In this document: in pieces, positions 1 through 10,351 of the stretch
How the letters are laid out: each line of letters begins with the position of its first letter
Position numbering within the stretch: position 1 is the stretch's first letter
NCBI GenBank assembly: GCA_963758295.1
Contig: CAVWUU010000004.1
Location: 896,001-960,000 of the forward strand
Direction of reading: 5' to 3'
Source: Candidatus Eremiobacteria bacterium
GTDB taxonomy: Bacteria > Vulcanimicrobiota > Vulcanimicrobiia > Vulcanimicrobiales > Vulcanimicrobiaceae
Length of the DNA stretch: 64,000 bases
Notes under the pieces: generated by a model
Told to the model about the DNA's origin: nothing
Seen by the model: only the letters and a program-made list of their open reading frames with translations
Database searches by the model: none
Translations under genes and position numbers: made by a program

Positions 1-483
1 CAGCAGCTTTTCCGGCGTGTAATCGGCATAGGGGTCGTCGCTTGTTGCATTGAGGTCGTCCGGGACCCGCGGCAGGCCCGAATGCTGCGTCGCAAGAGTC
101 AGCAGCGTGATTCGCTTTCCGTCTTTCGACGGAACGGAGGCAGAGGGCGGAAGATAGCGCGACACCGGGTCGTCCAGATGGACCTTGCCTTGCATGACCA
201 GTTCCGCGAGCACCGTCGTCGTGAAGGTCTTCGTCACGGAGCCGATTTCGAAGAGCGTATGCTCGTCCAACGGGCGCGCCGTGCCGCTGGAGCCGGCCTT
301 ATAAACGGTAACCTTTCCGTTATCGATGACGCCGAGGATGATGCCCGTTTGCGGCTGCGCCGCAACGCGCGCTTGGAGGATCTGCTGGATTTCCTCCGGC
401 GTTGCGCTCGCCGCCGAAGCAGCGGCCGCGGTAGCGGCACCCCAAAGAAAAGCGGCAGCAATGCCAAGGCAAGCTATCTTCAT
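1..483 (-). CDS. Serine hydrolase, beta-lactamase class C-like (3' end runs off the window)
   Basis: Not in ORF track. Manual translation from ATG at 483: signal peptide MKIACLGIAAAFLWGAATAAAASA, then LFEIGSVTKTFT (SxxK) and HSGLPRVP motifs. Confidence 0.85.
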   Translation of the reverse strand, partial: MKIACLGIAAAFLWGAATAAAASAASATPEEIQQILQARVAAQPQTGIILGVIDNGKVTVYKAGSSGTARPLDEHTLFEIGSVTKTFTTTVLAELVMQGKVHLDDPVSRYLPPSASVPSKDGKRITLLTLATQHSGLPRVPDDLNATSDDPYADYTPEKLL

Positions 484-537
484 AAATGGAGAATGCGGGC
501 CGGGTGAAGGCAATCCTTCCACGAAATCGTGGTCGTT

Positions 538-2118
538 ATGGCACGGGATCTCAACGCCAGCGGCGTTCCGCTGAAGCCGCACTACGATCGCCCCGGTGGC
601 ACGCCGCACGAATCAGGCGAACCCGGGACGTTTCCGTACACTCGCGGTATTCGCAAAGACATGTATCGCGGGCGCTTGTGGACGATGCGGCAGTATGCCG
701 GCTTTGCAACCGCCGCGGAATCGAACGCGCGGTACCGGTACCTGCTCGATAGGGGACAAACCGGTCTTTCCGTCGCGTTCGACCTGCCGACGCAACTCGG
801 CTATGACTCTGATGCGCCCCAAGCGCGCGGCGAGGTCGGCAAAGTTGGCGTTGCCATCGATTCGGTCGACGACATGGCGACGCTCTTCGATGATATTCCA
901 CTCGATCGAGTCACCGTCTCGATGACCATTAATGCGCCGGCGTCGATTCTTTTAGCAATGGTGCTCGCTGTTGCCCGGCGGCGCGGCATCCCGTTCGAGA
1001 AGCTCGGCGGCACGATTCAAAACGACGTGCTCAAAGAGTATGTCGCTCGCGGGACCTACATTTTTCCCCCGTCCCCGTCGATGCGCCTGGTGACCGACGT
1101 CATGGCTTACTGCGCGCGCGAAGTTCCGCAATGGAACACAATCTCGATCTCGGGCTATCACATCCGTGAGGCCGGCTCAACCGCGGTAGAAGAAATTGCG
1201 TTCACGCTTTCAAACGCGAAAGCATACCTCCGTGCCGCTAAAGCAACCGGCATTGACCTCGATACGGTGGCGCCAAGAATCTCGTTCTTTTGGAACGCGC
1301 ACAACGACTTTTTCGAAGAGATCGCGAAGTTCCGCGCCGCGCGCTTCCTTTGGGCTCATATCACGCGCGACGAGTTCGGCTGCAAAGATCCTCGTTCGCA
1401 GATGCTGCGCTTCCACACGCAAACCGGCGGATCTACCCTCACTGCGCAGGAGCCCGATAATAACGTCGTCCGGGTAACGCTTCAGGCGCTTGCAGCCGTT
1501 CTCGGCGGTACGCAATCGCTCCATACGAACGGCAAAGACGAAGCGCTCGCGCTACCTACCGCGGAGAGCGCAAAGCTGGCGCTGCGGACCCAACAAATCA
1601 TCGGTTACGAATCGGGCGCCGCGGACGTCGTCGATCCGCTTGCGGGGTCGTACTACGTCGAAACCCTTACGAACGAGCTGATCGAACGGGCAACGAGCCT
1701 CATCCGCGAAGTCGACGAAATGGGCGGCAGCATTGCGGCTATCGAAACCGGATGGATGCAAACGCGCGTCGCCGATTCAGCATACCTGGCGCAGCAGGCG
1801 ATCGAACGCGGCGAAGCCGCGGTCGTCGGCGTAAATAAATTTGCCGAAGCCGGACGCGACGGCGTCTCAATCCCCTTGCAACGCATCGACGAGCGCGTGG
1901 AACGGGAACAGGCGCAACGGCTCGCGGCCTTCCGCGCCTCGCGGAACGGCTCGCTCGTGAAAGCACGGTTGGAAGACGTGCGAATCGCGGCTGCAGGCAT
2001 CGACAACCTGATGCCGCACTTCGTCGAAGCGGTCGACGCAGGCGCGACGCTTGGCGAAATCTGCAACGTGTTACGCGACGTCTTCGGCGTCTATCGCGCA
2101 AAGGAAATCGTAGCTTGA
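538..2118 (+). CDS. Methylmalonyl-CoA mutase family, substrate-binding (N-terminal) subunit
   Basis: [65 protein letters not shown]; lacks the DxHxxG B12-binding domain; ATG 538 preferred over GTG 529. Confidence 0.95.
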   Translation: MARDLNASGVPLKPHYDRPGGTPHESGEPGTFPYTRGIRKDMYRGRLWTMRQYAGFATAAESNARYRYLLDRGQTGLSVAFDLPTQLGYDSDAPQARGEVGKVGVAIDSVDDMATLFDDIPLDRVTVSMTINAPASILLAMVLAVARRRGIPFEKLGGTIQNDVLKEYVARGTYIFPPSPSMRLVTDVMAYCAREVPQWNTISISGYHIREAGSTAVEEIAFTLSNAKAYLRAAKATGIDLDTVAPRISFFWNAHNDFFEEIAKFRAARFLWAHITRDEFGCKDPRSQMLRFHTQTGGSTLTAQEPDNNVVRVTLQALAAVLGGTQSLHTNGKDEALALPTAESAKLALRTQQIIGYESGAADVVDPLAGSYYVETLTNELIERATSLIREVDEMGGSIAAIETGWMQTRVADSAYLAQQAIERGEAAVVGVNKFAEAGRDGVSIPLQRIDERVEREQAQRLAAFRASRNGSLVKARLEDVRIAAAGIDNLMPHFVEAVDAGATLGEICNVLRDVFGVYRAKEIVA

Positions 2119-2516
2119 AAATCGACCACGTCGCGATCGTCGTCAAAGATCTGGACGCGACCATTGCACTCTATACCGAAACGCTCGGGTTCCGCCAAGT
2201 TTACCGTGAGATCGTCGCCGACCAGGGCGTCGAAGCCGTGGGATTAGAAGCCGGCGATTCGATTATCGAACTGCTGCGTCCGCTCGATGAAGCTTCATCG
2301 ATTGCGAAATATCGAGGCGACGCCGCGACGAAACTGCACCATACCGCCTATCGAGTCGACGACATCACCGCAAAACTTGCCGAATTGAAAAGCAAAGGCG
2401 TGAGGCTTATCGACGAGGTTCCCCGGAAAGGCGCGCACGGCAATCTGATCGCGTTCCTTCACCCTAAATCGTCCGCCGGCGTGCTCGTCGAGCTATGCCA
2501 GCGCGAAAATAAATAA
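2115..2516 (+). CDS. mce: Methylmalonyl-CoA epimerase (VOC family)
   Basis: [35 protein letters not shown]; 4-nt overlap with the mutase stop. Confidence 0.93.
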   Translation: MKIDHVAIVVKDLDATIALYTETLGFRQVYREIVADQGVEAVGLEAGDSIIELLRPLDEASSIAKYRGDAATKLHHTAYRVDDITAKLAELKSKGVRLIDEVPRKGAHGNLIAFLHPKSSAGVLVELCQRENK

Positions 2517-2620
2517 GTCGCAAATAGCGGCGCGAGCGCGCAGAGCGCTCGAAGTATCAGGACGAACGCCTCACCCGTAGGTACGTGTGAGCCGTTCACC
2601 ACTTGGGTAGCGTCAATTTC

Positions 2621-3290
2621 ATGAAGGCTTCCGCGTTAATTTTCGATTTGGACGGCACCCTTGTCGATTCAGTTTACGAGCATGTCGCGGCATGGCACAA
2701 GGCGTTTTCCGATGCAGGCGTTGCGATCCCCGCGTGCGAGATGCATAAGCGTGTCGGCATGACGGGCGCTCTGATGATGGAAGCGCTTGACGATGCTTTT
2801 TCCCTCGGCTTAAGTGCGGATACACGAGCGCGGATCCGCGAAGAACACGGCCGCATCTACCGCGACAAACATCCATTGCGCGCAAGCGCTTCCCGGGGCC
2901 GTCGATCTTTGGCAGATTCTCGAAGCGCGAAAAATCCCGTGGGCCATCGCGACAAGCGCCGAACCGCAAGACGCAAACGTTTTGCTCGAAAAACTCCATC
3001 TTCCAGAAAACGCGGTAGTCGTTACTCAGGCGGAAGCAACGGCCTCCAAGCCGGCGCCGCAGCCGTTCGAAGCAGCAGCTAAAAAGCTGCGAGTGGACAT
3101 CGAAGACTCGCTCGTCGTAGGCGATGCCGTGTGGGACGTTCTTGCGTCGCGTCGTGCGGGCGCGTTCGGGATCGGCGTGCTGACCGGCGGATACGGACGC
3201 GAAGAACTGACCGCCGCGGGCGCGTATCGCGTGTACAACGACGTCGGCGAAATGGGGCGAAGGCTCAGCGAACTGGGACTTGGCGGTTAA
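2621..3290 (+). CDS. HAD-superfamily hydrolase (frameshift near 2870)
   Basis: IFDLDGTLVDS motif I in ORF 2603-3082; motifs II-IV (IATS, SKPAPQPF, VVGDAVWDV) in ORF 2814-3290. Confidence 0.85.
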
Positions 3291-4903
3291 AGATTCGGCG
3301 CGAGCCGCACGTCGAGACCGGTTTCGAACGTGCGGTTCCACGGCAGCGTGATTTGCATCGCCGCGATATGCAGTTCGGGATAGAGTTGCGAAAGCGTCGC
3401 TTGCGCTTCGTTCCACAAGAGAGTGCGGTTTCTATCCGCCGTAGCGCTCGCAAGATCCGGCAACAGGTACGTGTGATCCGCAACGCCCTGCGCGTCCAGC
3501 CAACGATTCAAATCCGGCCGGACGTCGACGTGGAAGTCGACGTCATCGACGAATCGCATGAACGTAAATGTTTGATGCGCAAGTTGGCTGTAACTGTGCG
3601 TGCGGCGGCCCGCGCCCGCAGCAATCGCTTCGGCAAGCGCCGTTCCAACCGTGTTGGCATCGGTATTCCATGCCGCGTAGGCGTCCAGGTGCGAGGCGAT
3701 ACCGCTGCTCAAGAGCCGTTGCGCAAAGGCGCCTTGCACCGCGTAGCTTTGTTCGTAACTGAGATCGGCGAGCGCGACGGGACGATTTGCCTCAACGTCA
3801 TTGGAAAGACTTTGCAGGAATGCATCATCGAGCGGGCCGGTTCGTGGAACGTGAACGGCCAGAACGATATCGGGATTCGCCTCGTCCTCGACACCCCCGC
3901 AGAGCGCGATTAAACTTTGAATCGTCGAGGCGATCGGCGCAAACTCGAGCGGGTCCTGATACCGGGCACCGCTTGGTGTTGAGTAGTGGACCGCAATTCG
4001 CGGCGTCCACCGCGCGTCGCGGGCCAACGCATTAGCCACGAGAGCCATGCCTAATTCATCCGCGCCCGGTTCGATAGAAGCGCGATCGCCGCTGATGCCG
4101 CCGAGGAACGACTGCAACGAATGGACCTCCGGAACGTGCAAGCCCACGGGCCCCGCATCGTCTTGTCCAAGCACGAGCCGGTCGATGCTTCCGCTCCGGG
4201 TGAGATCGAGCAACAACCGGTCGACGCCGTAATTACGGGCGCGTGTTTGCAAATACGCATCCAGGAGCGGCTCGCCCATCAACCCGCGCAAATGTGCGGC
4301 AGTCGCTTCTTCTTCAGGGAGCACCGGGTCGTGCAAGTTTGCGTACCGCTGAAGATACGACCATTGCGGATACGCCGCGAAGAACTTGGCCGCGTCGCCG
4401 ATCGCCGGAACGCCGGTGGGTGCAAGCCGCATAATGGTTCCAAACACGCCGATCCATGCGTTGGGCCGGGTCGCGCGCAACATCGAGACCTGACGGAGGC
4501 GAAAATAGGCGTCGGCATAGGTTGTGCCCGGAACCCGCGAGCCCACAAGCCCGCCATAGGCAAGCATGTCGCTGGAAAGAACGTAGGCCCGCGCGTCCCG
4601 CGGGGCCTGCGCGTTTAGCCAGAAGCTGATGGCATCCGGCTGACCGAATTGTAAGTAGCGCCCGATCACGCCGGCGGGCGGCGTTGCAATGCGGCGCCCG
4701 GCAATATCGCCGAGCATTACCGGAAGTTGCAACGTTACGGGACGATCGTCCAACGGAACAAGCACGATCGGGGCAGACTGCGCGTACGACATCGCGGTCA
4801 TCAAACAAAAGACCGTCACCGCCGCAACGAAGCAACGCATCATAAACGGCAACGGGGCGACGCGCGGCGTCATGGCGGTGGTGTGGAACCCCGGTTGCGT
4901 CAC
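3287..4903 (-). CDS. DUF4127-family protein, probably secreted
   Basis: VPLDDRPV, SSDMLAYGGLVGSR, LVLGQDD, PGADE and YAAWNTDANTVGTALA are typical of DUF4127; hydrophobic N-terminal signal. Confidence 0.8.
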   Translation of the reverse strand: MTQPGFHTTAMTPRVAPLPFMMRCFVAAVTVFCLMTAMSYAQSAPIVLVPLDDRPVTLQLPVMLGDIAGRRIATPPAGVIGRYLQFGQPDAISFWLNAQAPRDARAYVLSSDMLAYGGLVGSRVPGTTYADAYFRLRQVSMLRATRPNAWIGVFGTIMRLAPTGVPAIGDAAKFFAAYPQWSYLQRYANLHDPVLPEEEATAAHLRGLMGEPLLDAYLQTRARNYGVDRLLLDLTRSGSIDRLVLGQDDAGPVGLHVPEVHSLQSFLGGISGDRASIEPGADELGMALVANALARDARWTPRIAVHYSTPSGARYQDPLEFAPIASTIQSLIALCGGVEDEANPDIVLAVHVPRTGPLDDAFLQSLSNDVEANRPVALADLSYEQSYAVQGAFAQRLLSSGIASHLDAYAAWNTDANTVGTALAEAIAAGAGRRTHSYSQLAHQTFTFMRFVDDVDFHVDVRPDLNRWLDAQGVADHTYLLPDLASATADRNRTLLWNEAQATLSQLYPELHIAAMQITLPWNRTFETGLDVRLAPNL

Positions 4904-5784
4904 AACAGCTCGCGCAATCTTCCTTGCTGCGCGTCGAGTAACGTGCGCGCCGCGCCGGCATCGACGTTTCGTTTCTCCATGACCGCTGCAACTTTCACGC
5001 TTCCCGCGGCTGCGGCAAGCAACTCGAACGCGCGCTCTTCATCGACACCGGCAAGCATTCGCACGAGGCGCACCGCGCGCCGGCGCAATTTCTCGTTCGT
5101 GGCGACTACGTCGACCATAAGGTTGTCGTAGACTTTTCCGAGCCGAACCATAACCGCGGTCGAGAAGGTATTCAACGCAATCTTCTGCGCCGTGCCGGCT
5201 TTCATTCGCGTCGAACCCGCAATGGGTTCGCGCCCGGTTGCCAACACGATCGTCAGACGGGCCACATTGGCAAGCGGTGAATCGGCGGCATTCACGATCG
5301 CCGCGGTAAACGCGCCGGCTGCTTTGGCCGTGGCTATTGCTGCGACGACGAACGGCGCACCGCCGCTTGCCGAAATCCCGATGACGACGTCTTTTTCTCC
5401 GGCATGCGAACGCATTTCGGACGCGCCGGCTTCCGCATCGTCTTCGGCGCCTTCCACGGCGGAGCGAAAGGCTCGCTCGCCGCCGGCAATGTGTGCGCAC
5501 ACGAGATCGGGCGGCGTGCCGAAGGTCGGCGGCATCTCCGCCGCATCGAGCACCGCTAGCCGTCCGCTCGTTCCCGCGCCGACGTAGTGCAAGCGGCCTC
5601 CGCTCAGCAGCCGCGCTACCGTTTCGTCCACGGCTTGCGCAAGCGCCGCGCTTTCGGCAATAACCGCGTCCACCGCTTGGCGTTGCGCAACCGCGAGCGT
5701 CGTGACGACTTGCTCTACCGGCAGCAGGTCCAGTCCGGCGGTCGCAGCGTCGGCGAGTTCGGTTACCGGCAGCGAATCTTTCAT
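4900..5784 (-). CDS. murQ: N-acetylmuramic acid 6-phosphate etherase
   Basis: YVGAGTSGRL, DAAEMPPTFG, VEGAED, GSTRMKAGTAQK, GKVYDNLMVDV. Confidence 0.96.
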   Translation of the reverse strand: MKDSLPVTELADAATAGLDLLPVEQVVTTLAVAQRQAVDAVIAESAALAQAVDETVARLLSGGRLHYVGAGTSGRLAVLDAAEMPPTFGTPPDLVCAHIAGGERAFRSAVEGAEDDAEAGASEMRSHAGEKDVVIGISASGGAPFVVAAIATAKAAGAFTAAIVNAADSPLANVARLTIVLATGREPIAGSTRMKAGTAQKIALNTFSTAVMVRLGKVYDNLMVDVVATNEKLRRRAVRLVRMLAGVDEERAFELLAAAAGSVKVAAVMEKRNVDAGAARTLLDAQQGRLRELL

Positions 5785-6686
5785 ACCGCCGAAAGGAGGT
5801 TGCGCGCCATGGCGAGCGCCCCGAAGTGCGGAGCCGGCGCGCCTTTCACGATATGCACGAACGGCATCTCATTGCTGATGCGCGTTTCCAATAAGTACGT
5901 CAGCAGCGAGTTCTGCGCCAAGAGGCCGCCGCCAAAAACCAGCGGCACTTCCCGGTCTTGCAAGCCGGCCGACTTGACGAGCGACTTCAGCAGATCGAAG
6001 AGTTCCAGTGCCGCGTTCTGCACGATCTTCGCGGCGCCGCGTTCGCCCGCACCCGCCAAACGGAGAACGTCCGGAGCGAGGGCGGCAATTCGCCGAGTCG
6101 GATGCGGCATCTCGTACACTTCGTTCAGAACGGCCTGCGCCGACGTGGCGCCAAGCCGCGCTTCGACGGCTTCGATCAACTCATCGCGCGGCGAGCGGCC
6201 GTCATACGAACGCAAGGTCATACGCAAGGCCGCGGCGCCGATTGAGAAAGCCGAACCTTCGTCGCCGAGCAAATACCCGTAGCCACCGGTGCGAAAACGT
6301 CGGCCGTCGCATTCGGCATACGCAATCGATCCGGTTCCCGCAACTAAAACCATTGCGTCACCGGACGGGACGCCGGCGCGCAACGCAATAAACGCATCGT
6401 CGGAAACACCCAGTGCTACGCCGGGAAGGCGCACCGACAGCGCGCGCTGCAACGACTGCGCGAGATCGTCGCGACCGGCGCCTGCCGCGCCGACGAAGAC
6501 GGCGGCTGGGGCCACTCCTTCAAGCGCGCTGCCGACGGCGCGGGCGATGACGTCCGCCGCGTCGTCCACTCCGGCGATGCGCACGTTGGCGGGATCGCCG
6601 ACGAATTCGCCGATCGTCGCGTCGCCCTTCACGGCAATTACATTCGTCGCCGTTCCACCAGCATCGACGCCTACGACGATCGACAT
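5781..6686 (-). CDS. BadF/BadG/BcrA/BcrD-type sugar kinase (GlcNAc/MurNAc kinase, MurK-like)
   Basis: VGVDAGGT, VAGTGSI, GGYGYLLGDEGS; located in the murQ/anmK operon. Confidence 0.88.
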   Translation of the reverse strand: MSIVVGVDAGGTATNVIAVKGDATIGEFVGDPANVRIAGVDDAADVIARAVGSALEGVAPAAVFVGAAGAGRDDLAQSLQRALSVRLPGVALGVSDDAFIALRAGVPSGDAMVLVAGTGSIAYAECDGRRFRTGGYGYLLGDEGSAFSIGAAALRMTLRSYDGRSPRDELIEAVEARLGATSAQAVLNEVYEMPHPTRRIAALAPDVLRLAGAGERGAAKIVQNAALELFDLLKSLVKSAGLQDREVPLVFGGGLLAQNSLLTYLLETRISNEMPFVHIVKGAPAPHFGALAMARNLLSAV

Positions 6687-7819
6687 TCCCGTTCTACCTC
6701 CGAAAGCAGTTCTGCAAGCCGCACCGGCGCAATGGCGCCGAGCGGCACGGCACGCGAAGCGCCGGTCACGCGCGGCACATTTGCGGCTCGCTCGCGAAGC
6801 GTTTCGTATCCCAGCATCGCGAAGGCAATCGCCTCTTTTGCTTCGGCCGGAATTCCGTGCGCATCGCTCGTTTCGACGGCGACGTCTGGAAGCCGTTTCT
6901 GAAGTCGCCGCATCAGCTCGTGGTTATACACGCCTCCGCCGCTCACGATCAGACGCCGCGGTAGCGCGGACGCCTGCGAAAGCGCAGCGGCGACCGACGC
7001 CGCGGTTAACTCGGTCAAAGTCGCCGCCCCGTCTTCCAACGAGAGCGCGGCCAGTGCGGGGTACGCGCGTAAAAATTGCGCGCCGAAACGTTCCCGCCCG
7101 GTGCTCTTCGGCGGATGCCTATCGAAGTACGGCTCTTCAAGCATGCGGCTCAACAGGGATTCGTCGACGGCGCCGGCGGCCGCAAACGCTCCCTCGCGAT
7201 CGATTGTCATGGCGCCGTTCGTTCTTTCACGTACGAACGCGTCGATCAACATGTTCCCGGGGCCTGTATCGAAGGCCATTACGTCGTGCGTTCTCACGCT
7301 TGCCGGCAAAAACGTGACGTTTGCGATGCCGCCGATATTCAGCGATGCGCGGTCTTCATGCCGATCCGAAAAAAGCAGTCCGTCAATGTAGGGCACGAGC
7401 GGCGCTCCGTGTCCGCCGACCGCGCAGTCGGCGCTGCGAAAATCGAAGCACACGGTTGCATTCAAAGCTTCGCGAATAACGAACGGATCACCGATTTGCA
7501 ACGTGATCTGCGCTTCGCCGTCGTGCCAGATGGTTTGTCCATGCGAAGCGACGTAATCGACACGCAAAGCGCCGGCAACTTGCCTCGCTGCGCGCGCAAG
7601 AGCGCTTCCGACGCTGCGGTGCAATCGTGCAAGGTCGGGTACCGTTGCGGTATTTGGCGGCAACGCTGCGCGTAGCGCCGCGTGCAGCTCTTCGTCGAAC
7701 GGCACGGTGAGAAACTTCAGGAGTTCCACGCCGTAAGTTACTCCGCGCGGCGACATTTTAACGAGTGCGGCATCGATTCCGTCGAGCGACGTTCCGCTCA
7801 TCAAGCCGACGGCGATCAT
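6671..7819 (-). CDS. anmK: Anhydro-N-acetylmuramic acid kinase
   Basis: GLMSGTSLDGID, SHGQTIWH, GGHGAPLVP, NIGGIAN, FDTGPGN, PPKSTGRE, KEAIAFA. Confidence 0.96.
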   Translation of the reverse strand: MIAVGLMSGTSLDGIDAALVKMSPRGVTYGVELLKFLTVPFDEELHAALRAALPPNTATVPDLARLHRSVGSALARAARQVAGALRVDYVASHGQTIWHDGEAQITLQIGDPFVIREALNATVCFDFRSADCAVGGHGAPLVPYIDGLLFSDRHEDRASLNIGGIANVTFLPASVRTHDVMAFDTGPGNMLIDAFVRERTNGAMTIDREGAFAAAGAVDESLLSRMLEEPYFDRHPPKSTGRERFGAQFLRAYPALAALSLEDGAATLTELTAASVAAALSQASALPRRLIVSGGGVYNHELMRRLQKRLPDVAVETSDAHGIPAEAKEAIAFAMLGYETLRERAANVPRVTGASRAVPLGAIAPVRLAELLSEVERECRSS

Positions 7820-8850
7820 GATGCGATAGCCTCGACGATGCCTTCGTAGAACGCCGCACGCAGCGGCCGCGAGTCGCGCCGGCCGTAGTAGACGGAGTTG
7901 GTCAAAAGCACCGCCTGAAGATCGCGGTCAGGATCGGCCCACACGCAAGTTCCGGTAAAACCGGTGTGACCGAAGCTGCGCGGTGAGAAGTACCGCCCGC
8001 ACGAGTTGTCGTCGTTGGTTTTCAAAGCCCACCCGAGCCCGCGCCGCAACACCGGATCGTACGCAGCTTCCTCGATGGCCGCGCACGCGAGCGAAGACGG
8101 CAGCAACATCTGCTCTCGACCCGCGGCGGCATCCAAATACGGCTTCGTCAGCCAGGCAACGTCGGCCGCAGTCCCAAAAAGGCCGGCGTGGCCGGACACG
8201 CCGTTCATTAACGCCGCCTTTTCGTCATGAACGCGTCCCTGCACGCGTCCGCGCCAACCATCCTTTTCGGTTGCGGGAATCTCGGTCCGTTCGCGCTCAG
8301 CGGGCATGAATTCCACGGACGAGCGATTCGTGCGTTGCGCGACGACGGCGCCGAGCGACTTGCCTTCGATGCGCGCGACGAGCGTTCCGAGCGCAATCAT
8401 CCCGAGGTCGCTATAAATCACACGTTCGCCCGGCGACGCGAGAAGCTCGCGCGTGAGGGCAAAATGCTCGACGTTGCGATCGAAGAGCGTGCGATAATCG
8501 GCACCCGAGTACATCCCGCCGGTGTGCGCGAGAAGCATCCGCGCCGTAACTGCTGCATGCGGCCGGTTTTGCCATTCGGGAATCCACCGAACCGCCGGCT
8601 CGTCGAGGTCCAGCCTCTGTTCCGCGGCCAGCTGCAATGCACACGTTGAAACGAAGAGTTTCGTAATGGACGCGAGATCGAATCGCGTGTCGACGTAAAC
8701 CGGACGTGCGCCGCCATCGTCGCGCGTCGCTCCGTAGGCGCGTTCGAAGAGCACGCGATCGCCGGTTTGGACGCGCGCAACGATGGCGGTCGCCCACGAA
8801 CCGATCGCCTCGTTCAACGCGCGATCGACGCAGCCGAATCGTTTATCCAT
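7816..8850 (-). CDS. Serine hydrolase, beta-lactamase-like (AmiE-like muropeptide amidase candidate)
   Basis: FDLASITK (SxxK), YSDLG, VHDE, GHAGLFG, FGHTGFTGT; start re-called at ATG 8850 (MDKRF), overlapping the nagZ stop. Confidence 0.85.
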   Translation of the reverse strand: MDKRFGCVDRALNEAIGSWATAIVARVQTGDRVLFERAYGATRDDGGARPVYVDTRFDLASITKLFVSTCALQLAAEQRLDLDEPAVRWIPEWQNRPHAAVTARMLLAHTGGMYSGADYRTLFDRNVEHFALTRELLASPGERVIYSDLGMIALGTLVARIEGKSLGAVVAQRTNRSSVEFMPAERERTEIPATEKDGWRGRVQGRVHDEKAALMNGVSGHAGLFGTAADVAWLTKPYLDAAAGREQMLLPSSLACAAIEEAAYDPVLRRGLGWALKTNDDNSCGRYFSPRSFGHTGFTGTCVWADPDRDLQAVLLTNSVYYGRRDSRPLRAAFYEGIVEAIAS

Positions 8851-10351
8851 CGAGTCGCACCGGTAGCGTCCCGCCCGCTGCCGCATTGCCGAAGAGCACG
8901 TCTGCGACGGCACCAATCGATGATTCGTCGTCACCGTACGCCGCAATCAGGTGACGCGCTTGCGGGACCAGCGCGCAATCGTAGGGTTCGCGGAGTGAAA
9001 CGACGAGCGCATCCGGAAATCGCTCCACAACCCTCCGGACCGCCTCGAGCTGTTTGCGATAAACATGCGCGCGGCGCATCAACACGACCGGCCGCCGTCC
9101 CGTCGCCGCCACCGCGTTGACGAGAGTTCGAACCTCTTCCGCTTCGGGTTCCAAAGCGGCAACGAGAATTTCCAGCGCCGGCGCTTCGCGCTGCAGCGAA
9201 GCATGCTGTTCGTGGCGTCCTTGTACGCCTTCGCTTGTAGCGCCTTGAAACGAAATCGCGAGCGCTGCCGTCGGATCGACGTGCGGTGTTCCCCGAATGA
9301 CGGTCACCCCTGTGCGCGCGAGTTCCCGGCCGATGCCGGGATGCGGAGGGGCGGCCTCAAGCGGAATGGGATCGTGCGCGCGCACGCGCAAACGGTGAAC
9401 GCGTTCGTAGGCTTGCTGCAAGCGCGTCAAAGGCAGTCGCCCTTCGTGCACCTCGTCCATCAAACGCTGCGCGGCCTGATACGCGAGATAGGGATCGTGG
9501 CTGACCAGCGCGCAGTCGGCGCCTGCGAAAATCGCCTGCGCGACACCTTCGACGGTTCCAATATCGCGAGCAATGGCGTCCATCTGCATGCAATCCGTGA
9601 AGCAGACACCGTCAAAATGCCATTCGTCGCGCAACACTCCGGTCAACAATGCGGGTGAAAGCGTCGCCGGACGCTCCGCATCAAAAGCCCGCATCACGAC
9701 ATGAGCGGTCATGATCGCTGAAGCGCGGGCCGCATTGCACTGGAACGGAACGAGGTCGCGCGCTCTGATGGTTTGCGCATCCGTGTTGACGACGGGCAGC
9801 TGCAAATGAGAATCGAACGCGGTTGCTCCATGGCCCGGAAAGTGCTTGAACGTTGCCGCGACGCCGCCGCTTTCCAACCCTTCCGCAAGCGCGGCGCCGA
9901 GATTCGTGACATGCTCGACGTCACTGCCGAACGAGCGGGTTCCGATTACCGTATTTCGCCCATCCAACGCCAAGTCGACATCGGGAGCGAAGTCGATGGT
10001 GAATCCGGCGCGCCGTAAATCGAAGGCCATTTGCTCGCCGGCATGGCGCACGAGCCGCGCGCGCCCTGCCGCGCCTGCCGCCATCATCGGTGGGATGGTT
10101 TCCACCCCATCGACAAGTCGCGCGACGCGGCCGCCTTCTTGATCCACCGCGAGCACCGGCGTCACGGAATGCAATGCGCGTAAGTCGTCGGTCAACGCGC
10201 GCACTTGGACAAGACTTTCCACGTTGCGCGCAAAGAGCACGTATCCCGCGAACTGCCTTTCCTTCAAAAACGCCCCAAGGCTGCCGTCCAGCGACGTTCC
10301 GCCGAAGCCTGTGACGATTACCCCGCAGGCCAGACGCTCCAACTCGTTCAC
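8843..10351 (-). CDS. nagZ: Beta-N-acetylhexosaminidase, GH3
   Basis: VDQEGGRVAR, IGTRSFG, KHFPGHG...DSH, FTDCMQM. Confidence 0.93.
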   Translation of the reverse strand: MNELERLACGVIVTGFGGTSLDGSLGAFLKERQFAGYVLFARNVESLVQVRALTDDLRALHSVTPVLAVDQEGGRVARLVDGVETIPPMMAAGAAGRARLVRHAGEQMAFDLRRAGFTIDFAPDVDLALDGRNTVIGTRSFGSDVEHVTNLGAALAEGLESGGVAATFKHFPGHGATAFDSHLQLPVVNTDAQTIRARDLVPFQCNAARASAIMTAHVVMRAFDAERPATLSPALLTGVLRDEWHFDGVCFTDCMQMDAIARDIGTVEGVAQAIFAGADCALVSHDPYLAYQAAQRLMDEVHEGRLPLTRLQQAYERVHRLRVRAHDPIPLEAAPPHPGIGRELARTGVTVIRGTPHVDPTAALAISFQGATSEGVQGRHEQHASLQREAPALEILVAALEPEAEEVRTLVNAVAATGRRPVVLMRRAHVYRKQLEAVRRVVERFPDALVVSLREPYDCALVPQARHLIAAYGDDESSIGAVADVLFGNAAAGGTLPVRLDG

